Shown here piece by piece: positions 1 to 12,100 of a DNA stretch of 32,408 nucleotides (position 1 is its first letter; each line of letters opens with the position of its first letter). The notes below the pieces were generated by a model. That model saw only the letters and a program-made list of their open reading frames with translations. It did no database searches and was not told where the DNA came from. Location: assembly GCA_001662655.1 (NCBI GenBank), contig KV460206.1; one strand, 5' to 3'. This DNA comes from Pseudogymnoascus verrucosus. Its lineage: Eukaryota. The translations under genes were made by a program, and so were the position numbers.

Positions 1-1157
1 CCCTCCCCCTCCCTCGCCGGCATAACCGGCAACACATACGGCTCCCCCTGCCCAACCCCCCTCAAATCCGCCCGCTCCATCATCTCCGTAAAAGTAGTCT
101 GCGCCGACTGCCTCCGCTCCTCCACCCCCAACCCGCCGCTGCGCGCCGTACTCGGATCAGCGAAGATATTAATACTCTCCGAGCTGGGCTCTCGTCTCAG
201 CTGGCCCCCTACAGCAGGCGCCTCCTGTTGATACGCTCTTAAATCGCGATCTGGCATCGGTGGGGCCACGCGCCGCGGGGATGGCGAGGACGGGAGGCCC
301 ATTCCCAATCCACGCGTCTGTCGCGCTCCTGCCGCCGCTGAGGAGGATTTCCGAAACAGGCTGCGCACCCGACTGATCCCCGTAGCGGGCGTGCCGCTCG
401 AAGTGCCCGGGCTGGAAGGCTGGTAGCGGCGCACGAAATCGGTGCGGAAGTCTGAGCCTTGGTAGGTGGGGGATGAGATTTTGGGGGCGCGGGCGTCGGC
501 GCGGCGGCGGCGGGCGCCGAGGAGGCAGAATGTGGTGAGGGAGAGGAGGATGCCGGCTAGGATGCCGGGGAGGAGGCCGGTGAGGATGGCGGTTGTGGGG
601 AAGCGGGGACAGGTTGCTGGGATGGCGGTGGGGTTGATGGAGAGGGCGGAGATGGTCGTAGAGGTGTCTCCGGCGGAGGTCGAGTCTGCTGGGAGTGTGG
701 AGGTGGAGGATGGTGATGTGGATGAGGCTGGGGAGGATGGGGGGGGGAGGAGCTTCTGGTCTAGGTCCTGGACGCAGATTGCTGTTTTGCCGGTGCCGGA
801 ACAGGTGAAGCCGAAGGGGCAGCATTTGTCGCCGCATGCCGGCAGCTGGGTGCCGGTTAGATCGGTTGTCTTGACGGTTGATTCGGGGTGGAGGGTGGCG
901 TTTTGGTATGGGGTGCCGCAGAGGATTGGGTTGATGGCGGTGCAATCTCCGCCAGCGGGGCAGCAGAGAAGCGTGGTGTTCGAGGCGAGAGTGATGCAGC
1001 TTGAGCCGCTGGGACAGCAGAAGTTGGAGGGGAAACCGGAGCCGTCGCAGAAGTCGAAGTTGGCAGGGCATGCTGCTGAGGTTGTGGTGATGAGGTGGGT
1101 GAGGGTGGCTAGGAGTGTTAGAGCCAGACCCAGAGGGTTGAGGTTTTGTTTCCGCAT
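1..1157 (-). CDS. Signal-peptide, cysteine-rich, single-pass (type I) membrane protein, IDC3/SymC-like; 3' end lies outside the window
   Basis: Manual translation from the ATG at 1157 is open to the window edge (385 codons; it has no stop, so the ORF track missed it). It reads MRKQNLNPLGLALTLLATLTHLITTTSA (signal peptide), then CPANFDFC...CCPSGSSC...CCPAGGDC...C...CGDKCCPFGFTC...C (14 Cys), a Ser/Thr-rich stalk, a TM helix (AILTGLLPGILAGILLSLTTFCLL), RRRR stop-transfer and a Pro/Ser/Arg-rich tail. The IDC3/SymC assignment rests on architecture recalled from memory, not on a search. Confidence 0.85.
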   Translation of the reverse strand, partial: MRKQNLNPLGLALTLLATLTHLITTTSAACPANFDFCDGSGFPSNFCCPSGSSCITLASNTTLLCCPAGGDCTAINPILCGTPYQNATLHPESTVKTTDLTGTQLPACGDKCCPFGFTCSGTGKTAICVQDLDQKLLPPPSSPASSTSPSSTSTLPADSTSAGDTSTTISALSINPTAIPATCPRFPTTAILTGLLPGILAGILLSLTTFCLLGARRRRADARAPKISSPTYQGSDFRTDFVRRYQPSSPGTSSGTPATGISRVRSLFRKSSSAAAGARQTRGLGMGLPSSPSPRRVAPPMPDRDLRAYQQEAPAVGGQLRREPSSESINIFADPSTARSGGLGVEERRQSAQTTFTEMMERADLRGVGQGEPYVLPVMPAREGE

Positions 1158-1217
1158 CGCGGTGATGGGGTTGTGGTGTTCGAATATATGTAGGTTCGTC
1201 TTCCAAGCCCTCGAAAA

Positions 1218-1273
1218 TAGTGTAGAAGGCAGAAGCCTCAAGCCGTCGGAAGTAGTGTAAAAGGCAGAAGCCT
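1218..1273. repeat. 21-bp direct repeat, 35-bp period
   Basis: TAGTGTAGAAGGCAGAAGCCT (1218-1238) and TAGTGTAAAAGGCAGAAGCCT (1253-1273), one mismatch. Confidence 0.8.
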
Positions 1274-1937
1274 ATCCAAGTTTATAGTGGTCCTGTCGCT
1301 TGAAGTGATTTCACCGAATGCTTCCTCTTCAAACCCCAAAATCGTTGTGTATTCTTCACCTCCCAAGATCTCTCGATGATCGTATATTCTTCACCGTTCC
1401 TTGCGTCCAAAAAAACAAGCAGCAGAGAGAAGGCGTGAACAGAACAGAGAGAAAGACGGTGCGTGAAACAAAAACGAAATCCAAAGAAACAAAGGAACCA
1501 CCTACCACCACCCCTAACCATCTGACTCCCTCAGTCCCACCATCCCCTTCCGGGAAACACAAAGAGAGAGCCCCCATCTCCATCCATCGCGCTCGCCCTC
1601 CACCACACGCGCGCGACGACCACCACAAATAGCACAACGCGTCCCACACTCCCTTCAACGCCCACACCACACATTCACAGCACTCACCTTTGTCCTTCCT
1701 CCACCCACGTCACTCCTACCCCCTGTCCACGCACCTCCACCCCCCGACGCGCGCGCCGAAACAAAGCTTACGCGCGCCTGCGGGTTGACTGGCTATCGGC
1801 GCTTGCAACTCGATAAGAAAAGAACGGGCGAGGCTATGCTGTGGATCAATCAACCTGTGGTGGTACTCTCTTGAGGATTTTCCAGGGAAGAGGGTTGTGG
1901 ACGGGGATGATTGGTTGTGGGTAAAGTTAGGTGTTTC

Positions 1938-1945
1938 GGCGCTTA
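1938..1945 (+). promoter_or_regulatory. GGCGCTTA, a candidate PRO1/ProA/ADV-1 binding site
   Basis: Exact match to the reported PRO1-family consensus, ~780 bp upstream of the ATG at 1157. A 7/8 copy (GGCGCTTG) lies at 1798-1805. Confidence 0.5.
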
Positions 1946-3182
1946 TGAGGCGCGTAGAGGGCGGGCTTGCTGATTGGCCGGCTGGCTTTACGCCCCGAAT
2001 CGATCGCGGATTTATGCGGGAGAGGAACTACCAATACCCAGGGCACGCGTAGTCATCTGATCTCGTGGTGGGATTGGGGATATTCTGGGATGTTTGGGTG
2101 GGAAGTTTCGAGGTGGGAAGGGGTGGAGATTGGACGCTGCTATGAATGGGTGAGGGTTATGTCGAATAGTCGTTGGAAGACGGATACTGACCAGACAATT
2201 CATACCATCTCAACACTACAACTAACAATCAATACCTAATACACAATAGCTGAACTCCGCTACCCTCCGCATGCACATGTGACTCCCACCTTCTACCTCA
2301 TCTCAGCTCAGCTCGTCCCATACCGTCCCCTCCCCTCCCCTCCGACGAGTGGAAACGATTGGAAGCGACGGGATGGGATTCCTGTTTCCCATGTTTACAG
2401 CTTCTTACCCCATATCCACTCGGTGCGGACGGTACGTCATTATTATGACGCCCGAGTCTGGGCGTTGGGCTGGGGGGGTAAGGCATGGAGAGGAGGCGGT
2501 GAAGCGGTGAGGTGGAGACGCAGGGTGGCGAGGCGGCGAGGCGGCGGGGTAGGTCATCATGGAATGGATCTTCTTCTCATGGAGAGGCGCGGGCAGAAGT
2601 CTCTGGGGAGGGGGATACGGAATAAATGATATGGTGCTCTAGAGTACCAGCTCCACGTTCTCAAATCGAGACGAGATCAAGTCACTCCACAGCCCAACTC
2701 CCACCCAAAACCACTCACTGAAAAATCACAAGCCAAGCAACAGTAGCAGTAAAGAACCATCGATATAGTTTATAAGTTATTTTATTCGCTCCCCCAAAGG
2801 GGAGGTTGATTGACTATCCTATTCCTATTCTATTCCCAATATATCCCCCCGTAGGAGCTGTGCTCAACTACCCCCCCCAGCCCAATCCCGCCCCGAAAAA
2901 TAAAAACTCCTATATTGCGCCGTATAAGGGTATGCCTGCCTGCTATGCATATGTACCAAAATCCAAAGTCTCCAAAAGAAAAAAGAAGTGAAGTAGTGTG
3001 TGTGTGTTGCGGTGTAGTGATGATGGCAAAGGCCGCGAAGGTCCGCTGCCCGAGCTGATGATAATTCCCTCCATTCCAGTCCCCATCCAGTCCATCCCTC
3101 CCAAATCCAGCCGTCCAAACAGAACAGAAAAAAAAGAAAGATAGAACAAATAGCTGTTTTTCCCACAGGGAAAATAGACATT

Positions 3183-5305
3183 CTAGATCAACAAGAAGTC
3201 CCAGCCTTTGCTCTGCATGACATCTCTCCAGGAGACGACGACCTCCGGCTGCGCGTCCGCGCGCGCCCACACCTCGCGCAGGAGGCATGCGACGCGGCCG
3301 AAGCTGCCGCAGTCGGCGGCGTTGCCGAGGTCAGCAACGCGCGCGTCAAAGAAAGCGCGAAAGCTAGATCCAGCGGTGCTCACCGCGCCGCCCATGAGGT
3401 AGACCCAGACCATGCTCTTGTCGAAGCCATGTGCACCGGCGGGGATGAACGCCAGTACGCGCGTCAGGTTGTCGACGAGCCTGATGCAGCTTTCCTGCGC
3501 GGGCGAGAAGCCCGGAACAAGGGAGCACAAGTAGATGCGCGCGGCGATGCGGAAGGCGGCAGTGATGTTGACGCTGAGCTGGTCAGCGTCGAGGACGCCG
3601 TTGGCATCGAAGGGGTTCTTGAGGCTCATGGCGCCGTTCTCGGTGTGGGTGATGTGCTCGCCGAGGGTGGTGATGTAGGAGCACAGGACGTCCATGCCCA
3701 TGCCGCTGTGCTTGAGGCCCTCGAGGCACGCGATCTCGGAGATGAGGAACATGACGCGGTCGTCGCAGCCAGTCAGCTCGCGCAGACCGAGGCTGGTGGA
3801 GCTGAAGTTCTTCTCGCGGTAGGTGTCGGCGAAGGTGGGGGAGCGGCCGACGAGGGCGGCGCCCAGGATGTCGATCCAGGACATCAGTGTCATGTTGAAG
3901 GGCGCGGATGCTGTGTTCGAGGTTGCCTGTGCGGGAAGATCGAGCTTGTGGACGAGGTCGCTTGCAGCGTGGAAGTGCTGGTGCCACGAGACGTCTGGGA
4001 GAGCCTCGTCGACGCGGCCGACGGCACATTGGAGGAAGATCATGCCTAGTGTCGTATCGAGGATCTGCTCGGTCGGCTCGTTGCGCCCGATTGATGCGCA
4101 CAGCTCGCGGATTCCTGCCTGACGGTGGCGCATGATATCCGCGTCGATCGCATCGCTGTTCTCCTGAGCGTTAACCGTAGACTTGTAGTGCTGTGCCGAG
4201 ATGTTGAGGGCGCAGTGCAGGTAGCTCTTATTGGTCTCGAGCGCAGGAAGGATCAGGTCCGAGAGCGTGGGAGCGCTCACATTAGCCTCGAGGACGGGGA
4301 AGATTGACGGAAGCACGTTCTGGATGAAGTGGCCAAGCAGGGACTCGTCGCTCTGCTCGAGGTCAGGCAGGAGCGGGTGGCTCGGGGCGGGGATGCCGTC
4401 GGGCGAGTCGAAGAAGTTTGCGGTAAGCTCCTCTGGCATCGACTCCCGGCGCTCAAAGTACATGTCGTCAAAATACTCACCGTCGCCCTTGTAGGAAGAC
4501 AGCGAGGCGTCTTGCGACGGGTGATACTCTTGGGGTGTGTGGAAAGTGCTGAATGTCGACACCGTCGATTCGCGCCTTGTCAGGCCATCTTCCATGAGTA
4601 CCTCGCGCTCAGTCTTGACACCGACCTCGTACGGCGCAAACTCGGAGTATAGAGGAGCATAATGCGCATGCGACGAGTGCATCTGCGCATTGTATGAGTC
4701 GTAGTTTGCAATGCCTGGCGCGACGTCGAAGTTGAAGTCGAGCGAGAATGTAGAGTCGGCCGAGCCGGAGCGCGTGCGATCAATCGAGTCCGAGTAGGTC
4801 GCCGAGGTGGGCAGAGAGTGCGAGAGTCCTGGTGGGGTGTCTGCGCCCGGCGGCAGGATTTGCGACGTCTTCTCGGAAAGCTTCTTGCGCTTGATGATCA
4901 TCTTGATGGTGTCCTTCTGGTGGCGGCGCGAATCGCCATTGCTCCACCACATTGGCCGTTTGTAATTGCACTCCAGACCGAGGTTCTTGCATGCCGAGCA
5001 GCACGGGCTGCCCTCGTCGCACTTCTTCCTTCGTAACCTGCAGGTGTAGCATCCTAATGGCGGGGAGTCTAGTTAGTACACGTGCATATTTATCATAAGC
5101 GACACAGAGCTCAGAAGGAAATTTTGACCGGTATCATAGTAAACAGCGCGGACAAACCTGTGCGAGATCTCCTGTGCATCTGTGCCTTTAACTTGTTCTG
5201 CTGAGTGCTGGTGCTGCTGGCCTTGGAAGCCGGCTTGGGCTTTGGTTGTGCCACGGCCATTGTGGTGGGATTCGTTCTGCTCATGGAGCTCGAGGTGAGA
5301 GACAT
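3183..5305 (-). CDS. pro1: Zn(II)2Cys6 transcription factor PRO1/ADV-1/ProA (NosA/RosA family); exons 5305-5158 and 5053-3183, 672 aa
   Basis: The spliced product contains KAQMHRRSRTG/CYTCRLRRKKCDEGSPCCSACKNLGLECNYKRPMWWSN...IKMIIKRKK, the PRO1 N-terminal signature. It has a C-terminal fungal TF domain ending WRDVMQSKGWDFLLI. The intron at 5054-5157 reads GTTTGT...ACTAAC...TAG, and the total CDS of 2019 nt is in frame. Confidence 0.93.
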
Positions 5306-6085
5306 GGCTGGTATTAAAGGGTATAAGCGTTAGGTGGGTGGTGTTATGCTTGCAAGGTACGTGCGCGCCAGTCGTCCGTAGTGTGAAGTGTGTGTGGGGG
5401 TGCAAAGAGGGGTGTGTGACTTGGGTGAAGGTCGGGCAAGCCACTTCGGGACAGTCGTGTCTATAGTGCGAGAGTGCGAGAGTTGGCGAACAGGGGATGA
5501 TAGGATATTGGCGAGACCAGGGAAAATTAGTAGTAATGCGTCGAAATGAATGATAGGATCAAAGCGAAGTCCAGCTTGGCTTTGGGTCGAAAGGTAATAA
5601 CAATTATTAAATGAAGGAGTAGTAATAGGTTGAAAGTCGGGAGAGTAGAAGAGGTGGAGGTGGAGGGAGAGGTTCGAGAAGAATAGCACACACGGTCTGA
5701 CTTTGGTTAAAATGGAGTTCGTGGTGTTGTGTGGTCTATATATCGACCAAGATGCAGGTCGAGTGAGGCCTCTCCAAAGACCTGAATCTATTTTTACATC
5801 TTTTCGAATAGGATGGGGGATGTTGTGTGCTGGAGTTAGTCGTGGATATTTTTGGCCCTCACAAACATGGCCTAGTGGGGAAGAAAACACTCGAGATAGG
5901 TGACTAGGCGAAGAATAGAGAGCCATGAGTGGATGGATCTATATTGGTAGCGGTGATCTATATGGGTGCATATGTTGTATGTGGGCGTGTTGGTGGGTGT
6001 TGTGCGGGTTGGTGTGGGTGAGAAAGGTGGTGGGCGTGTAAAATGTGAGAGTGTGAGTGTGAGTTGGCTGGGGGAAGAGTGCGTA

Positions 6086-6109
6086 AGTGTGTGTGTCTGT
6101 GTGTGTGTG
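6086..6109. repeat. Imperfect (TG/CA)n microsatellite
   Basis: gtgtgtgtgtctgtgtgtgtgtg within a TG-rich stretch upstream of pro1. Confidence 0.7.
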
Positions 6110-9100
6110 CATGTTTGTCTGCAGCTGGTCCAACCCTCGAAGCTGAATACTCGACGGAGAGTGGTGGATGGTGATGCACATCGACCAGGGTCCCGTCGAG
6201 TCTTTCCCTCTTCTGTTCGTTCTCCAAGCCAAGATTCACTAGTCTCATGATCCCCCATGTTCACAGCTGTCTATCGCTGCCCACATTGGGTGAACGACAA
6301 GGTGTTGAGGGGTCGTGAGCTACAGCGAGGGAAGGTGGCCTGTCCCCTCCAGCCAGTCAGACCAACAGATGGGTTGCGCCCAATAGCTATTTTCGCTGAG
6401 CAGCCGCCCTCATGCGCCTTCCCTGCCACCAAGTATTGACATGCAGCAGGGGTGGGCGAGAGACAATAAGCTTGTTCGTGCTGTGAGTGGTCCGAGGGCC
6501 AGTGAGAGACAACAGGGGGACAAGCAAGAGAGGGTTCTCTAAGAGGACGAGGACTCCAAAAAAAGGTTCTTGTCGATCCCCGACGCTACTGCGCTGTGTG
6601 CGTAAAATATGGAGGGAGTACATGAGCACAGGTATTGATGGTGGTCCGGCTAGGCTCTTTTCTTCACATCTTGCCGGCGGGATTACTGTTCCCCCGTGCG
6701 TGCGATGCTAGCTTGACCACCAGAAGAAAGAGTGCAGGGAAAAGAAGAGTGGGTGCTTGTCAAGGTGCTGTCAAGGACTGTCACCACAACAGTAAGTCCC
6801 ACTTCGATAACGATAGCTCGGCAGGCCCATCCATCCATCCCGACATCGATCATCGAGGCCTCATGCAAACTCTGGTAAGGGAGCAACCAATGTGGGCATA
6901 TCCAGTACATCGAGATACATACCCTCCACCCAACCAAAGCCATAATAACCACACATATAAGCTTCCATCAAGTATCCCCCTCTCGCGTACCATTCCAGAT
7001 GAGGAGATGTCCGTCCGTCGTTGCCCAGCTTCCTCACCCATCAATATCAAGGCCACATTATCTCCTACCCAGCCAGCCAACCAACGCCATATTCCTCCCT
7101 GGCACGGGATCTTGAAAAATCAGCACCTCACAGACAGCTGAAAGAACAGAAAAGCACAATCTGCCTCATCCCCCGTGATCGTCATAACATCCCCCCTCCT
7201 CGACCTGCCATACGCCATAGGGCAAATCCACTCATTTCATGCGCAAGTCAGGTGGAGAACCCCTCTTCACCACTCACGACCAGAATGCGCATCTGGCAGT
7301 GGCGGTGGACGGGCGGGAGAAAACCGTCCGTCCTAGCGTCCCGCGAAGAACCAAACGAGGCGTCCACAACGCTCGCCCATCACATCTGCAATCTCCAGTT
7401 ATCTCCAGTAGCAGCGAGTCAGCGGTCCAGAGCTCCAGAGAGCGGTCAGCACCAGTGAAGTGAGTGCGTACCACAGCACAGCACGCACCAGCACTCACGA
7501 AGACCCCCCCAATCCCCCCCAATCCTCCCCAACCTCCCCCCATCACCAGCGTTCATCGCATTCACCCGCCCCTCACCCAGCGCGTGATTCCTGCCCTTCC
7601 CCCACCCCATTCGCTCCCGTTGTTGTGACAGTTGCCCTCGGCGCAGGGATCCCGCATTAGCAACCCCCTAGCGTGCATTAGTCCCCTAGGCGACGGGAGC
7701 GACCGTCACCAATCGATGCCTCCCGGCGATTACGCGCTAGCCCCGATCTGGGGCTCGTGCGGTGCGGAGCCCGGGGGGGGAGGAAGGGACGGGGGTGAGC
7801 TTGGGCCAATGGGGTAGGGCGGGAGATGGTAAATGGTTCTTTTTGATGGTGCTGCGGGGGTTGGGGGTATAGCCGATATAGAGGATAGTGAGTAGAGTAT
7901 GCTTACTGGGACCTGGGCTGACTGAGGGAGGGGGTCGGATAGGATGGATGGGATGGGATAGGAAGAAGTAGTGGTTGCACGGAAAATTCGTGCCTGAAGG
8001 GTAATTTCGACATGTGGTACAGTAGAGTACACAGTATCACAGTCTTCACTTTCCCATCCCGCGCAGTCCATCGCCAGCAGCGAGCTGTGCGATGGTAATT
8101 ACACAGCAAAGTGTCACCGCATCCTCCCAGCGCACCAGCGCATCGTCTTTGCGGAACGCGAAGACAGCCCAGCCCGCCCTCTGTCTCCCAGCCGGTGAGG
8201 AACGGAGCGGAAAAGGTCGCATAATCAGATCCGATGATGACATACCGTTGCACCATGTGGACCTCAACTCAACTCAACTCTGTCCAACCCCCCATCTTAG
8301 CTCTTTTTCGCCTACCCCCGCCTCCCATATCCACCGGAGTATCTTCCACCTTGCACTTCCACACACTTGCACAGTGCACAGATCGTCGCACACCCCCAAT
8401 GGAGCATTGCGTACCCTCCACCCGCGATCAGCGGCAGCGGGTATCCGGCAGCAGAAGGGAGGGAGTACAACGACGTACAAGGGTACACGGTTGAAGTGGA
8501 CGGGCGGGCCAGGGATGCTCGGGGCTAAACCCAGGTATGTACGGATCGCCTGCACAGAGGGAAGTGTCTGCATGCACTTTACGAGTACATACATCACGGA
8601 AGGAAAAGGCTAGAGCTGGGATGGATGGAGGAGTGAGTGAGGGTTTTCATGTCGTGTCTGCGCGGAAGGAGCGCAATATGCACCCACGGAGGAGAGAGGG
8701 TGTCTGATCGCGTCTGCACGCTATATTTAGGATGGACGCATTCTTGACGCCGGCGTCGTGATGATTCGAGAGTTTAGCGCTCGTCATGTTCATCGTCTGT
8801 TCCTTTGTTCCTTCATGATCGCTGCCGCAGCCGCTGCTGCGCTCTGCCGTCGGTCGATCGATGCTGATGGCCCATTGTGCGAGCGGGGAAGGTGGTGGGA
8901 AATCCCGCCATGGCTCGCATGGACACCTTACCTTACGAGTACGATGAACGTGCGCGGGCGGCGGGCGGGCAGCGGTCAGGTCAAGGGTAGGCGAGCGAGA
9001 TGGGGCCGGCGGTGCGATCGCAGATTCGGTGGGGGGGGGACGGGGGGGGGAAGGGACGGACGGACGATGCGACTCTGCCGTTCTCAATCGCACTGTGCTA

Positions 9101-12100
9101 AATGCCGTGCTGTACTGTAAATCCTGGCCGCGTCTTAGCCCAATTAAACTCGGCCCAGTTTGGTTGTAAAAATGCAGACTGTGTGAATCCTTCCACAAGC
9201 GATCTGGCGCTATGGTCACCGGTCAATACGTGACAGCAGCCGGATGACGGAGTGAGGAGTCCGCTATTCGGCTATAGTGAATTGTATGAACGTGCGGGTG
9301 AGGAGTCTTCACTGTCTCTAACGATGTCTCGCGCTGGGCCGACGGTGGCGTACGTAGACTGGGGCAAAAAGCCTCGCGCTCGCTCGGCCGACTCCGCACT
9401 TGAAAACACGGTGAGGACAGCTCGCCCCTCGCCGCCCTCTCAGCTTGCTCCGACAAAGTCACGTTGAGATTGCGTCTCAGCACTACTACAGAGTCATGTG
9501 TGCGGCTTAACCCAACCAACTCTTCCCCTCCCCGCCAACCTCGCTCCAACTTCGGTCGCGTCCCGCTCAACCCCTCAAGGCGGTCTGCAGAGAAGTTTCG
9601 GTCGCCAGATGGTCTCGATGCTGATCACCCGGCCCATCTGGTTCATGCACACCATACCCCCCACACCCTCGGCCGTTCTTGCATCTTCGAGATCGTAGTG
9701 TTCGCGCGAGCTATTCGCTGAACGGCGATATTTCGCATCGTAGCTAGGTCGGAGCCCATTTTCTGTTGAAGACGAGATAGCAGGGCTCGTCGCATAGAGG
9801 TCTGGTCATGTGAAGAGCGTGTGGGTGAGTATGGGATGGCAATTGGATGGATAAGGCCAGAGAAGGGGGGGAGTCACTTGGAATCTTTTTCCGAGTGGAT
9901 GTTCTGTTGTGAGAGTCATAGAGAGCGGTAGAGAGTGGCTCTTGTGGAGTTTGATCGCGCGACGCTCGGGTAGAACTATGCGTACCACTGTTCGTATGCC
10001 GCATGCCGCTCAATGCCGTACAACGCGTACTGCGACTGGGACGTTTTCAAAGACCAATCCACAGCGGACAGCTCATTGTGTGCAGTCCGATATGCGACCT
10101 CCCGTCCATAGATGCACGTGTGCGCCTCCATCCTTAGTAGAAAGAGGGGAATAGGTTACGAGTTTCGATACCAACGTAACTCCAAATATTCCGTCTTGGT
10201 AACGAATTATGCAGTGGGTATATCCCAAGTACTCGCTGCATCGCATCCGATCCCGACGACTGTGAAAAAAAGCAAGAAAAACTTAATAACATAGCAACCA
10301 TGTCAAGCTGTCGTCCTCTCCAGGATCAGATATCTCTCATTCCCATCCTAGCATGCACCCCCAATATAATGTCGTCACTCAACGCCACCGCTTTGAGCAA
10401 TTCCTCACGGACAGCATTATCTGTTCTGAATTAAACGGTCGGGGAACTGACGGAGACCGGGGCTGCTGCAGCGGTTATGCTCTTGCTAAGGCAAGGGGAT
10501 CGCGATGTGCACGGCGGTGTGTGCAGTAGCTCGAACTTGGGTAGTGCACTGCGCAGTAGCAGGGAAGAGAGCGTCGCATTGGGCTTGGAAGGGAAAGTCG
10601 AGCATATTTGTGGCGTATAAGTGGCGCCCAACCCAAGCAGGCCTCGAATCGGGCGGTGGGGGGGGGAGAGTGAAGAAGAGAGGGGTGGAGGAGGAGCCAC
10701 ATCCCGCACATATCCCACTTTTGGCAACTGGACAGCCATACAGATAGACAGAGCGGGCCATAGAGCGAACGACCTGTTCAATTTTCCTCGGCACATCTGG
10801 TCGCTCCGAGACACCTGCGTCAGAATGCCGCTGCGTGTTTCTCCACCATTACATTCCTTTTCGCCTTCGTTGCCTCTTTTTATCCTTGCTTGGAGCGGAC
10901 TATGAGTGATATGTAAGACACTCAGAGAGTAAGACAGTAATGTAAGTCACGCCAGTTTCTCGCCATCGGGCCGCTCCTTCCCTTCCCATATCCGCCCCGC
11001 TTCGAGCCCTCTTTCTGTCAACTGTCACCCACCCTCGCTATCTATCAGAATCAGGGTCTCTTGACAGGAAGGAGGGGACTGTTTCTGGGTCCCCATTGGC
11101 ACGGTGCAGGGACGGGACGGAGGATAATTCCCTAGACTGGATGTTTTTTCTCTATCAACGGCACCCCAGTGTCGGCCCGTTGATAGAAACGTGAGCTACT
11201 CGCAGTGGAAGCCCGCCAAAACAGGTAAGAAGGACATCTGAGAATAGCAAACTGGCCACTTGCAGAGCGCAGCGGGGGTTGGGGCAGAATAGGGTAAGAA
11301 AGGGTACGGCGCGTACAGCTGAGCATCGCTGCTAGTTGTAGTGTGACTGGCCAATGATAATTCGCAGCACAGTATCTCCATAAATAACCGACCAATGAAA
11401 AAAATCGGAGGACACACATCGGCTCAAGTTGTTTTGAACAGGGAGTATTTCTGTACTATGCATGCACTTTGCTGTGGTAACCGGCCATCACCACCTGATC
11501 CATGTCTGTCGAGAATTAAGATGGTACTTTGGTTGCAAGTATTCTCACTGGGATGGGGGTTGAGGATGACCTGTTGAGGGTTGTTGAGGGGTGCTGTCTG
11601 TTGCTGAATGTTGCTTGGTCGTCCACTGATTTATCACCTTCCAACCAACCATCTCAGCCCCCAATCACCAACATACCGCCCCCTCCCCCTCCTGACTCCC
11701 CTCCAACTGCCCTCCAACCTCCCCTCATACAAACCCAACCTCTTCCTCGCTCCAGCACCAACAGAGGTACTTCCAACTCCAGTACCATCCCCAGCCAACC
11801 CCGGGGACCCCAGTGCGACCATCGGAGAGTCGACTCCTCCCATCCCAGAATAGCATTTGTCCCTCCAATTGTGAATCGCACCATACTCCCATGTCCTATC
11901 TCGTGCAGCTATCACAGCAAATATCACATCGCCATCACAGTGGGCACAGCACCTTCCCCCCCAGCACTGCCATCGTGGCCGCCCGATTGGCGCCATGAAA
12001 CCATGCCTCTTTTCACACATAGTGTCCAACCGCGAAACAGCCACCTCTTGCCCTCCCCGCGATGCCCTCGGCCGTTTCCTTACTTATACAGACCGTAGCC

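Noticed and set aside
169..1260. ORF-track ORFs 169..1206 (-, 345 aa) and 466..1260 (+, 264 aa)
   Set aside because: They are off-frame and antisense shadows of the real CDS starting at 1157, and are low-complexity products of skewed base composition.
2300..2650. Possible snoRNA or structured RNA: minus-strand ATGATGA at 2553-2559, CTGA near 2303-2311, hairpin CGTCAT-TATT-ATGACG at 2435-2450, near-palindrome at 2632-2649
   Set aside because: The boxes are ~250 nt apart with no convincing terminal stem, U3 box A or recognisable rRNA guide. The short stems are within chance expectation. An Infernal/Rfam scan would settle it.
5330..5926. 198-codon ORF in frame with pro1 that stops 8 codons before its ATG (long uORF or readthrough extension)
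   Set aside because: The product is featureless, the C/T-rich strand is naturally poor in stops, the ATG lies upstream of the candidate TATA, and the stop is TAA within the putative branch point.
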